The translations under genes and the position numbers were made by a program. The notes below the pieces were generated by a model, which made no database searches, had not been told where the DNA came from, and saw only the letters and a list, made by a program, of their open reading frames with translations. From an uncultured Candidatus Saccharibacteria bacterium (GTDB taxonomy: Bacteria > Patescibacteriota > Minisyncoccia > UBA6257 > Colwellbacteraceae), in assembly GCA_964609135.1 (NCBI GenBank), contig CAZSQQ010000002.1, forward strand, positions 13,349-77,348: a stretch of DNA of 64,000 bases. Direction: 5' to 3'. This document shows positions 27,814 through 36,669 of this stretch, in pieces. The first letter of the stretch is position 1; every line of letters begins with the position of its first letter.

Positions 27814-28032
27814 TTAGAGGAGACCCATTTTTCTCAACTTCTCCACTTCAATCGTTTTCCGGACACGCCGCATGGCCGAGGCTCTCACTTTGGCCCGGCT
27901 GGGATTTCGTTTCACAAAACGCCGTCTTTTGGCTTCCTTCAAAATACCGCTCTGCTGCATTTTCTTTGAGAAGCGGTAGATTAACGAGTTTGGCGATTCG
28001 CCCTCTTTTCTTCTTACAATTACTCCCGACAT
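27814..28032 (-). CDS. rpsU: 30S ribosomal protein S21
   Basis: 72 aa, highly basic, ...RRKEG...YRFSKKMQQSGILKEAKRRRF... bS21 pattern. Confidence 0.85.
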   Translation of the reverse strand: MSGVIVRRKEGESPNSLIYRFSKKMQQSGILKEAKRRRFVKRNPSRAKVRASAMRRVRKTIEVEKLRKMGLL

Positions 28033-28081
28033 TTTATTCCATCTTGTCGAATGATTTTATCAGTTCCCAGGGATTAGGTAA

Positions 28082-28110
28082 ACCCCCACACTAAACATTT
28101 TAGTGTGGGG
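28082..28110. terminator. perfect 13-bp stem/3-nt loop hairpin between hisS and rpsU
   Basis: CCCCCACACTAAA-CAT-TTTAGTGTGGGGG; followed on minus strand by TTTACC. Confidence 0.45.
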
Positions 28111-28124
28111 GTAAATCTGGGTTC

Positions 28125-29447
28125 TTAAGAATGAAGCCTTCTTTTAACCTCATCCGATATCTTGGAGAGGGGCACAACTTCTTGAACGCCGGTTTCCATG
28201 TCGCGAATGATGATGTTGTCTTCGTGGCTTTCCTTTTGTCCAAAGATTAATGCCAGCGGACTCTTAAGCCTGCCGGCCGCCTCAAGTTGAGCCGCGAGAG
28301 AGTTCTTTCCGAGCGCCTCATAAAGAGATATCTTTTCTCGTCTCAATTCTTCGACGAGAGATAAACTCTTTCTTTTCGCCAGTTCACCGACGTAAACCAG
28401 GAAAACTTTCGGTTTCGGCGCCGGGGTTTCATATTTTGACTTCAAAATCTCAATAATTCTCTCCGCGCCGATCGAAACCCCCACGGCCGCAGCTTGCCTG
28501 CCGCCCAACATTTCGGATAAATAATCATACCTGCCGCCGCCAGCAACGGCCAGTCCGCCCTCTTCGCCAAAAATTTCGAAAACGGTTCGGTTATAATAAT
28601 CCAAACCCCTCACTAACTGCGGGTTCAAAGTATAGGGAAGCTTTACTTCGTCCAAGAATTCCAGAACCTGCCTGAAGTGATTCCCGCAAAGAGAACAAAG
28701 ATAGTCCAAAATGCCGGGAGCCGAAGACTTCACCGGCTGGCAGATTTTGTTTTTGCAATCGAGAACTCGAAGAGGATTAATTCCCAGGCGCTCTTCACAA
28801 TCGCGGCAAATCTCTTCGCCCTTGTAATGCTCAAGAAGTTTCCTGCGGTAATTGGCGCGGCAGCTGCGGCAGCCGATACTGTTCACCTGGATGTTCAAAT
28901 TCTTAATCTTCATTTCTTCCAGAAATCGATAAGTCACGATTATCGACTGCGCGTCATAAACGGGATTCACGTCTCCGTCCCCGCTTATGATCTCAAATCC
29001 CAATTGATGGAACTGCCGATAGCGGCCGGCTTGGGGGCTTTCGTGACGAAAGGCTGGCCCCAAATAATAAAGCTTCTGGGGTTGCGGCGACTTGTGAAGC
29101 CCGTGACTGTTGAAACTCCTTATAACCGGCGCGGTCATCTCTGGCCTCAAAGCCAGCTTCATTCCCCCTTTGGTCCGAAGGACGAACATTTCTTTCTCGA
29201 CAATGTCGGTTCCTTGGCCAATGCCTCTCGAGAAAAGCTCGGCGTTCTCCAAAATGGGGGTCTCAATTTTATTAAAGTTGTAAAACTCGGCAATCTCTTT
29301 GGCTTCTTTTTCAAATTTTTCCCAAAGAGGCATTTCTCCCGGCAAAATATCGTGCATGCCCCTCGGCTCCTGTAAAATAAGTTCCGTTGTTGCGGCCTGA
29401 ACCTTGCTCTGGACTCTAGTTTTTACCTTAGATTTCGTTTTGGGCAT
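28125..29447 (-). CDS. hisS: histidyl-tRNA synthetase
   Basis: Class II aaRS motifs: RGMHDILPGE, YYLGPAFRHESPQAGRYRQFHQ, GGGRYDYL. Confidence 0.9.
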   Translation of the reverse strand: MPKTKSKVKTRVQSKVQAATTELILQEPRGMHDILPGEMPLWEKFEKEAKEIAEFYNFNKIETPILENAELFSRGIGQGTDIVEKEMFVLRTKGGMKLALRPEMTAPVIRSFNSHGLHKSPQPQKLYYLGPAFRHESPQAGRYRQFHQLGFEIISGDGDVNPVYDAQSIIVTYRFLEEMKIKNLNIQVNSIGCRSCRANYRRKLLEHYKGEEICRDCEERLGINPLRVLDCKNKICQPVKSSAPGILDYLCSLCGNHFRQVLEFLDEVKLPYTLNPQLVRGLDYYNRTVFEIFGEEGGLAVAGGGRYDYLSEMLGGRQAAAVGVSIGAERIIEILKSKYETPAPKPKVFLVYVGELAKRKSLSLVEELRREKISLYEALGKNSLAAQLEAAGRLKSPLALIFGQKESHEDNIIIRDMETGVQEVVPLSKISDEVKRRLHS

Positions 29448-29982
29448 AGGGCAGAACCTCTATTTTAGTCGGTGGCCAAAACCTCAAACGCACTTCCCCC
29501 ACTATTTCAGAACGCTTGATGGGGCCCAGATTTCTCGAGTCGCAACTCCAGGGACGATTGTCTCCCATCATGAAATACTCACCTTGCCCAAGGGTAAGGG
29601 ACGTGTCAAGACGGTATTGCCAACCGGATGGCAGATATTTCTCCTCAATCGGAGAGCCGTTAATTAAAACCCGGTTGCCGCCGACCTGCACCTTCTCGCC
29701 CGGCAAGCCGATAACTCGCTTTATGTAGTAGCCGGATTCACGGCATTCCTTGCCGTCATGTTTGAAAACCAGAACGTCATAGCGAACCGGGTCGCGGAAC
29801 CTGTAAGTAATCTGGTCAATCAAAAGATAGTCCCCGGTATAAAAACTCGGCTCCATGCTGGCACCATAGACCAAGAAAGGTTGGGCGATAAAACTGTAAA
29901 TGATTTTTATGGAAATAAGCGAGACCAAAAGAATCTCCAAAACTTCCCAAAAAGAGAGAAGAAATTGCCTCATGGGGCGCAT
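29428..29982 (-). CDS. lepB: signal peptidase I
   Basis: GASMEPSF (Ser box), YIKRVIGLPGEKV (Lys box), GDNR..S.DSR. Confidence 0.85.
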   Translation of the reverse strand: MRPMRQFLLSFWEVLEILLVSLISIKIIYSFIAQPFLVYGASMEPSFYTGDYLLIDQITYRFRDPVRYDVLVFKHDGKECRESGYYIKRVIGLPGEKVQVGGNRVLINGSPIEEKYLPSGWQYRLDTSLTLGQGEYFMMGDNRPWSCDSRNLGPIKRSEIVGEVRLRFWPPTKIEVLPYAQNEI

Positions 29983-29999
29983 TTTAATACAATCAAACT

Positions 30000-30530
30000 A
30001 TGACCGCAAGCCGCTATAAATTCAGACTGGTTATTGGTTTGGGGAACCCGGGGAGCGAATATGAAAACACTTATCATAACGCGGGGCATCTCCTGGTTGA
30101 TTCTCTCGTTGGGCGACGTTTCCGAAACCTGGAATTCAAAACCGACGGCTCAAAGCTTTTTCAATACTTAAAGAACGGGAGCCTGGTTTATGCCAAATCC
30201 CTGGTTTTTATGAACCAGTCGGGGGAGGCCGTTTTGAAATCAGCCAAATACTTCAAAGTAAAGCCATCGGAAATATTAGTTGTCCATGACGATTCCGATA
30301 TCGCTTTAGGAAAGCATAAGATCTCTTTCTCTTCGCGCTCGGCGGGACACAAGGGCGTGGAATCAATTATTAAATCTCTGGGAACGCGGGATTTTTACCG
30401 CTTGAGAATCGGTATTAGAAAGCGGGCAGGCATGGCCGGGGACTTGGTGCTTGAGAAAATCGCCCAATCCGACAAAAAAGTTCTCAATAAAGTTTTTTCA
30501 GAAATCAAGATTCCTAACCTTGAAACTTAA
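30000..30530 (+). CDS. pth: peptidyl-tRNA hydrolase
   Basis: LVIGLGNPGSEYENTYHNAGHLL Pth signature. Confidence 0.85.
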   Translation: MTASRYKFRLVIGLGNPGSEYENTYHNAGHLLVDSLVGRRFRNLEFKTDGSKLFQYLKNGSLVYAKSLVFMNQSGEAVLKSAKYFKVKPSEILVVHDDSDIALGKHKISFSSRSAGHKGVESIIKSLGTRDFYRLRIGIRKRAGMAGDLVLEKIAQSDKKVLNKVFSEIKIPNLET

Positions 30531-32027
30531 AGTAAAGGCCACCGTGCCGTCAATCTGACCCACGATATTCCCCAGTGGCAAACTGACATCCGAAAACTGG
30601 GGGAGCGCGGCGACATTATTTTTAAATTCAATGGCTGATTCATTATTGTTGGCGTTTCCCACAATCACACCGGCCAGATCCACTCCCGGCAGGTAAATTC
30701 TATCTAAACGAACTTTCGCGCCTCCGACATTATTCAAAGTTTGAAGAATTGGTGAGATATTTTTGTCCTTCTCCTTGGCCTGTTTCACGAAACCGACCGC
30801 CTTATTGAATTCTTCGACCCGGACCTGGAGATCGTTTAACTGGGAGAGGTCCTGCGGCTTCAACTCGATCACGCCGGGTTCTCTCGCATCAGCAATGGTC
30901 TTCCCCAGGAATACATCGGAAGCCGCAAAAACGAGAAGCGTAAATCCCACAACCGTAAGAAGCACACTTCTCCAGAGGCTCACGAAATTAAGAATCTGAT
31001 CCTGGAGGAAAGTTTCCGCAACGCTCACGCTCGTCAGGCTTATATCAAAGTCCCTAACCCGGGGCGTTAGCCCCCTCAAGGCAGCTCCTAAAACCGGATT
31101 TACCAAATCGCTTCCTACGATTCTCACCTCGATTCCCGGAAAAAGCTCCCGAACAATTCCCGCCAATTCTTCCTGAAGCGAGGGAGTTACGACGATCATC
31201 TTCCTAATCTGCCCTCCGAAGCGGCCGGAGTAAAAATTCATGATCTTTTGAGTTTCGGCTCCAATCACCCGCCTTAGGTTCGGAACCGATATTTCCCTTG
31301 CCTCCCCCTGAAGAGAACTCCAAGAATAGGAATAATCAAAATAAAGGTTTCCATTTCTTAAGAGCATAAGATTTAAGCCGTAGGAGCCGACCTCTATGGC
31401 CAAATAGGATTCCTGTTTTTGAACTAAACCCGACGAGTTAAGGCTCCTCACGAGGCTAAGGCTGGAAAACTCCGCCGCCGCGACTCCGAATCCTGCTTCC
31501 CGCAGACTCTCCGAGAGCCTATCAACGAGGACTTTAGGAATAAAGGCTCCCAGGAGTTCAATCTGCCCTCCGTCGGCACTCGTTTCCCCAACCTTCTGCC
31601 ATCCGAAATAAGCCTCGTCTACCGGAATTGGGGAAACCATCCGCGAGTTTAATTCTGCGGCCTGCGCCAAAGACTTCTCCGCCAGTTTGGGGAGACTGAA
31701 AGTTTGAACGAAAACCTCTCTCACGGTGAGGGTTAGCACGACGTCGATAATTTTCTTGGGATCTCCGGATATTTGCGAGTGAACTTCCCTTAGGGCGGAT
31801 ACGAAGTTCGGCTTATCAATGACCTTTCCTCCATCGATGATTCCCGGAGGCAGGCGAAGAAACCCTTCGCGACCGACGCTTCCCGCCTCCAGCACCCCTC
31901 CCATGCCCCTTAAATCGTCTTTGAGTTCAAGATATTGGATGGCAAAATTGCCGACAAAAAGTCCCCCGATGGGCGGCGGGGTAATGAATTTTACAAACTT
32001 TCTCACCAGCTTTTTTATCCCTTCCAT
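30498..32027 (-). CDS. pilM: type IV pilus assembly protein, PilM-like actin-fold domain fused to PilN-like TM and coiled-coil domain
   Basis: N-terminal actin-like ATPase region, internal TM (LLTVVGFTLLVFAAS), C-terminal periplasmic domain; architecture-based call. Confidence 0.55.
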   Translation of the reverse strand: MEGIKKLVRKFVKFITPPPIGGLFVGNFAIQYLELKDDLRGMGGVLEAGSVGREGFLRLPPGIIDGGKVIDKPNFVSALREVHSQISGDPKKIIDVVLTLTVREVFVQTFSLPKLAEKSLAQAAELNSRMVSPIPVDEAYFGWQKVGETSADGGQIELLGAFIPKVLVDRLSESLREAGFGVAAAEFSSLSLVRSLNSSGLVQKQESYLAIEVGSYGLNLMLLRNGNLYFDYSYSWSSLQGEAREISVPNLRRVIGAETQKIMNFYSGRFGGQIRKMIVVTPSLQEELAGIVRELFPGIEVRIVGSDLVNPVLGAALRGLTPRVRDFDISLTSVSVAETFLQDQILNFVSLWRSVLLTVVGFTLLVFAASDVFLGKTIADAREPGVIELKPQDLSQLNDLQVRVEEFNKAVGFVKQAKEKDKNISPILQTLNNVGGAKVRLDRIYLPGVDLAGVIVGNANNNESAIEFKNNVAALPQFSDVSLPLGNIVGQIDGTVAFTLSFKVRNLDF

Positions 32028-32055
32028 TCTTGCAGTGAATTTATTGAACTATCAA

Positions 32056-32481
32056 TCAAAAGACAATCTCCTTAAAAGATTGTAGCTTAACATGCCCCGT
32101 TAATGAATCCACTCCCAAAATTGCCTGCACTTTTTTCTTTCTTGAAGAAGACGTCCCGATCGAATTTATGGTGACGACGCCGCCCGCCGAGGCAATGGTG
32201 ACGTCAGCCGTTGACGGCCTTGACCCGACGTTTATTGAATAAGAAGCGGGGCAACCGGTCGTGGGACAATTTTTATAACGAATCACCCGGATAATGGCGT
32301 CGTTCGCTCCCGCTCTGGCCGCGGCCAGGGCCTCCGCTTCAACCCGGCTTCCGAAAATGGTGTTTCCGAGGATGGCGGCCAGGACCACGCCCACGATGGC
32401 GAGTTCCATCACAATCCCCGACATTAGAAGAATGACCGGCAGAGTCGCCGCTCCACTTAACGTTTTAACATCTCGAGCCAC
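32056..32481 (-). CDS. pseudopilin / TadE-like small pilus protein
   Basis: Hydrophobic N-terminal helix with Glu (GIVMELAIVGVVLAAIL) and small Gly/Thr/Ser-rich body. Confidence 0.4.
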   Translation of the reverse strand: MARDVKTLSGAATLPVILLMSGIVMELAIVGVVLAAILGNTIFGSRVEAEALAAARAGANDAIIRVIRYKNCPTTGCPASYSINVGSRPSTADVTIASAGGVVTINSIGTSSSRKKKVQAILGVDSLTGHVKLQSFKEIVF

Positions 32482-32535
32482 GTTTTAATCTTATCATAGG
32501 TTCACCCTATGGTTAGCGGTTACCCGCCTCTAGGT

Positions 32536-33147
32536 TTAGTAGGTTATCTGGGTGTGAGGCAGAAGTTTCCCCACACGCTCCCGCTCGATCTCACTAAAAT
32601 TGTTGCTGCCTAACCAAAGCTGCTCCAGAGCCTTGAGCCGGCTCATCTCATCCGGCAAGGTGGTTAGGTCATTATCGGTTAAGTTAAGAATTTTTAGGTT
32701 GGTCAGTTTGGCAATATCGGCCGGGATCGCAGAGAGACCGTTTTGACCTAACCCGAGCTGAACCAAACTCGTTAAGGTAAATAGCTCGGCCGGGAGAACT
32801 TTGAGGTTGTTGGTGCCTAAACGCAAGAATTTAATATTAGTCATTCGAAAGATCCTCGGATCAAAAATTCCGGACATTTTACCGATCAAATTTAACTCGC
32901 AGACCTTATTTTGATTTTTGACAGCTTGGCTAAGCTCCGTATAGACATCCTCCGCTTTGCAAAACCCGGAAATCAAAGAGGCGCTCGTTTGAGGTGGCGG
33001 AACGACGAGGTTAGGAGGAACTACTATGGGGCTCATCTGCTTAACGGGAAAGACCGAAAGATAAACCAGATAACCCAGGCTGGCCAGTATTTCAACTATT
33101 ACAAACAAGACCAGGACAAGTAGAAATATCTTTAGCTTATAATTCAT
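32536..33147 (-). CDS. leucine-rich-repeat (LRR) protein, membrane-anchored
   Basis: Start at Met32 (33147); about 6 LRRs, LxxLxLxxNxL (LRLGTNNLKVLP, LGLGQNGLSAIP, LNLTDNDLTTLP, LWLGSNNFSEI). Confidence 0.65.
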   Translation of the reverse strand: MNYKLKIFLLVLVLFVIVEILASLGYLVYLSVFPVKQMSPIVVPPNLVVPPPQTSASLISGFCKAEDVYTELSQAVKNQNKVCELNLIGKMSGIFDPRIFRMTNIKFLRLGTNNLKVLPAELFTLTSLVQLGLGQNGLSAIPADIAKLTNLKILNLTDNDLTTLPDEMSRLKALEQLWLGSNNFSEIERERVGKLLPHTQITY

Positions 33148-33151
33148 ATTT

Positions 33152-35146
33152 CTACTTACTGATTTCAGTAAGTACTCTGCCCTGAACATAATCTGGAATT
33201 TTAATTCCCATAAGCGAAAGTATCGTTGGCATTTGGTCAATATGACTGATATTTTTAGGCAAGCTATAGCCCTTCTTATTAACCCCCGGACCCATAATTA
33301 CAAATGGCGTCTGCATGCCGTTAGTCGCGGGATCATAAGCCTGTTTATTGCCAGAAACGACCGAATCGTAAAACACCTGAAGTTTGGGATTTATGCCCTC
33401 GCTAAAGCCGTAGCCGGGTGCAACCTCGAAAATCAAATCTCCGATCCTGTCTTGTGGCAGCTCCGTAAACTTCGGCGTGTCCTCCCAAGTCATAACTTTG
33501 GCCAAGGCCTTGGTTCCATTATTGTCCTTCAGGGACTCAAGAGTGCTTATAACTTCGCTTCTTAGCTTTTCGTATTCGGGCTCGGAACTTCTCTTATAGG
33601 GACCGGCTAACCCTTGAGGATTGATGTAAATATTGTTAGTCTGCAAATAAATAACTTTGGTGCCCCCCCAATCAATATTAACCTCCCCGGTTTGGTCGTT
33701 TAGGGAATATTTAAGCCAGCCTTTTTCGGCAAAAAGATTATTTAACGCCATGACTCTCGTCTGGAGAATAATGCCGTGGTCGGAACTCAAAACAAATAAA
33801 GTTTTGCCGTCATCGTGCTTCAAGGCCTCCCCGATTATTGCATCCAATCCCTGATACATTTTCAAAACGTCGTTCATGGCCGACTCACTTTTCTCTTTAG
33901 TATAGTCAGGACTTTGGGGGTCGAGATATCTCATCCACCAGCGACTGCTTAACATTTGGTTCGGTGTATATATATCTTGAAGGAAAACGTCAGGGTGATA
34001 TTTCTCAAATATGAAATTTGCGGCATTTTTATGATAGTCCAAGGACATCTGGGACTCCTCCAAGAAAGTTTCCTTGTCCTCTGGTTCGTAAATTAACTGC
34101 GGCGGGAAGTTGTCAACGAAATCAACCATAGGACCCAAGGCCTGGGTCATATCCTTAGCCGCTGTTTCCGGAACGGTTACAAATTTATTCAAGTTATTGT
34201 ACAAAACCCTTATTCGGAACTGTCCGTTATCCCAAACCTTGATGACTTTCAGTTTAACGTTCGAATCATAGGGTTCGTCTTTGTATTTTAGGGTTACCGG
34301 CAGCCAGTTGCTCCATCCTCCTTGGTTCAAAAGCGCGAAAATCTCTCCGGTTTCCTTAAAGGAGAGAGCTATCTTGTCATAATTGGTCTTGTGGTCATTG
34401 GTACTGTCAATAATGAAGGCGAAGGTGTCCAAACCATGAGCCGACATTTTGGCCTTTTTTATGGGACTGTAAGAAGCGACCGTTTTAAAATCAGTGTTGG
34501 TTTTAGAGTCAACGAATTTGGTTAAAGTATCGCCGAAATAGAACAACCTGAAACCCGAGCCTACGCTCTTCAGCTCCGCTTGTTTTTCTTTAGGTTCGAA
34601 AATCAAAGCGGCGTCGTCGGAACCCCAGTTGCCCCACCTGCCTCTTATGGTGATGCCCGACTTCAACTCCGGAGGAGTTGAGCCGGGTATGGATAAAAGC
34701 GCCACCTTTTTGCCAGCATTTTCCAAAACCGTCCAAATCGGAGAAACTTTCTTGGCTACAGACGAAAATCCGCCAACTGACGGTTTCTCTAAAGTTTTAC
34801 CCTCAATTCTCATGGGACCATCGGCAACACCATGAACGCTGGGATGAGCGCCCGTCAAAAGCGAGGCGAAATTGACCGGAGTATGGGACGGGAAGTCCGG
34901 AATGGAGTAACCATAGGAACCGCTATCCATCATTTTTTTGATATTGGGCAGTTTTCCCTCTTCGGCCCATTTATAAACGGTCATCAAATTCTGGTCGGCT
35001 CTCATACCGTCGGGAATAAACCAGTAAAGTTTCTGCGCCTTAGGCGAAAATAAGCTCGGATAGACCAAGACGATTAGCACTAAAAGCGAAAGTAATATTA
35101 CAACTGGATTTTTGAAATACTTGAGAAAGCTAGCCTCGTTCATCAA
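33152..35146 (-). CDS. membrane-anchored ectonucleotide pyrophosphatase/phosphodiesterase (alkaline-phosphatase superfamily)
   Basis: WFIPDGMRAD (metal-site Asp) and LFVLSSDHG (DHG motif) characteristic of ENPP/type I phosphodiesterase. Confidence 0.7.
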   Translation of the reverse strand: MMNEASFLKYFKNPVVILLSLLVLIVLVYPSLFSPKAQKLYWFIPDGMRADQNLMTVYKWAEEGKLPNIKKMMDSGSYGYSIPDFPSHTPVNFASLLTGAHPSVHGVADGPMRIEGKTLEKPSVGGFSSVAKKVSPIWTVLENAGKKVALLSIPGSTPPELKSGITIRGRWGNWGSDDAALIFEPKEKQAELKSVGSGFRLFYFGDTLTKFVDSKTNTDFKTVASYSPIKKAKMSAHGLDTFAFIIDSTNDHKTNYDKIALSFKETGEIFALLNQGGWSNWLPVTLKYKDEPYDSNVKLKVIKVWDNGQFRIRVLYNNLNKFVTVPETAAKDMTQALGPMVDFVDNFPPQLIYEPEDKETFLEESQMSLDYHKNAANFIFEKYHPDVFLQDIYTPNQMLSSRWWMRYLDPQSPDYTKEKSESAMNDVLKMYQGLDAIIGEALKHDDGKTLFVLSSDHGIILQTRVMALNNLFAEKGWLKYSLNDQTGEVNIDWGGTKVIYLQTNNIYINPQGLAGPYKRSSEPEYEKLRSEVISTLESLKDNNGTKALAKVMTWEDTPKFTELPQDRIGDLIFEVAPGYGFSEGINPKLQVFYDSVVSGNKQAYDPATNGMQTPFVIMGPGVNKKGYSLPKNISHIDQMPTILSLMGIKIPDYVQGRVLTEISK

Positions 35147-35217
35147 TCTAAAAAAAGATTATACTATATCTTTTACAATTATACTACAATGGGTAAATAT
35201 GACTTTACACGTTTCTG

Positions 35218-36669
35218 ATGGAGCCCGTTAATAAAAACCCCTTAGACAATTGGGATATCGGCATTGCCCTAATGTTAAGCGCTGCTTCGGCGTTAATTTA
35301 TGAGAGCGGAGCAATGCAAGTGCTATTTTTCTACTTTACCGAAAGCAGCTACTCGTTAGCGACGGTACTCGGTGTGTTTTTAGGTGGTTTGGGAATCGGA
35401 TCGTTTCTTTTCTATAAACTATCAGACCGTCTCAAAGACAAAAAATTGCTTTTTGGCATGTTGCAGATAGTTACAGCTATTTATGCATTCACCGTTCTAA
35501 CGCGCTTAACGGTAATCATCCCCCAGATATCGCCCTTGGGGGTGTTTCTGGTAAGCTCGGCTATCCTAATAATTCCGGCCATTTTCTTTGGCGCTATTTT
35601 CCCTTTAGCGGCTTCTTTACTTAAGAGGGTTAATCGCGAAACCGTCGGTCTGGTTTATTCAATTGATTTGTTGGGATCCATCGTCGGCGCGCTCACCGTC
35701 GGTTTCCTCGTAATACCGGTTTGGGGAATTACCTTAGCCATGCAGCTTGGCGCCGTTCTTAATCTTGCCTCTGGGGTTTTAGTAATGCCGCGAACCAAAA
35801 AAGTGTTTGCCGCCGCTGTTGCCGCCACTTTCCTGTCCTTAACTACCTTCGGGAATGTTCCTAATCCGTCAGTCGCTGCGCCAAGCGCCAAACCAATTGA
35901 CGGGCAAGCCTACCAAGTCTACGAAAATTCTCCCTATGGCCCAGTCGCGGTTCAGAACGACAATCTCTACATTAATAACCGCTTACAGTGCCCATATAAT
36001 CCTCATCCCGGCACTTCGCAACATGCCATTGTCGGTAACGCCTTGGACCAACTAAAAGATCATCAAAGTCTGAAAGTTCTTAATATCGGGCTGGGCTGCG
36101 GCGGGACGCTCGGTAAAGTCTTGGAGTATCCCAACACTCAAGTTGACGTCGTCGAAATAAATCCGGTGGTTATCAAAATAACCAAACAATTTTCCAATGT
36201 TTTAGAAAACAGCCGGGTCAATTTAATTACCGGCGACGGACTCGAGCTCCTTCGCCAAACCAGCCAAACCTATGATTCAGTGATTATTATCGTTGATAGT
36301 CCGTTGGTGGCTTATTCTTCGCCGCTTTACACCGTTGACGCTTTTAGGTTAGCCGGGAGGGCTCTCGCACCCCACGGCACCCTGGCTCTCTGGAGTTTTG
36401 ACACACTCTTTGATCCGGTTAACGGTCAAGCTGGTACGACTCCCACCCCACCCCGATATAAAGATATCCTCTACTATTCTCTTAAGGAAGTTTTTCCCTA
36501 CGTCTACAAGTACTACAAAGTCTTTGTCGGTTCGAACACAAAGCTGGATCAACCAGAGTATGCCCCGACTACTCCCTACCAGGTTAATACAATTGACCGT
36601 AATACTTTAGCTGGAGCTTACCTGGGTAAATTTAACGAGATCACCGCCACCGATGATCTGGAAAAATAA
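35218..36669 (+). CDS. fusion: N-terminal polytopic membrane domain plus C-terminal spermidine-synthase-like methyltransferase-fold domain (paralog 1)
   Basis: About 7 TM, then LKVLNIGLGCGGTLGKVL...VDVVEINPVVI...ITGDGLE (PABS-like Rossmann). Confidence 0.6.
   Translation: MEPVNKNPLDNWDIGIALMLSAASALIYESGAMQVLFFYFTESSYSLATVLGVFLGGLGIGSFLFYKLSDRLKDKKLLFGMLQIVTAIYAFTVLTRLTVIIPQISPLGVFLVSSAILIIPAIFFGAIFPLAASLLKRVNRETVGLVYSIDLLGSIVGALTVGFLVIPVWGITLAMQLGAVLNLASGVLVMPRTKKVFAAAVAATFLSLTTFGNVPNPSVAAPSAKPIDGQAYQVYENSPYGPVAVQNDNLYINNRLQCPYNPHPGTSQHAIVGNALDQLKDHQSLKVLNIGLGCGGTLGKVLEYPNTQVDVVEINPVVIKITKQFSNVLENSRVNLITGDGLELLRQTSQTYDSVIIIVDSPLVAYSSPLYTVDAFRLAGRALAPHGTLALWSFDTLFDPVNGQAGTTPTPPRYKDILYYSLKEVFPYVYKYYKVFVGSNTKLDQPEYAPTTPYQVNTIDRNTLAGAYLGKFNEITATDDLEK

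Noticed and set aside
28677-29375. 232-aa plus-strand ORF
   Set aside because: Antisense within hisS.
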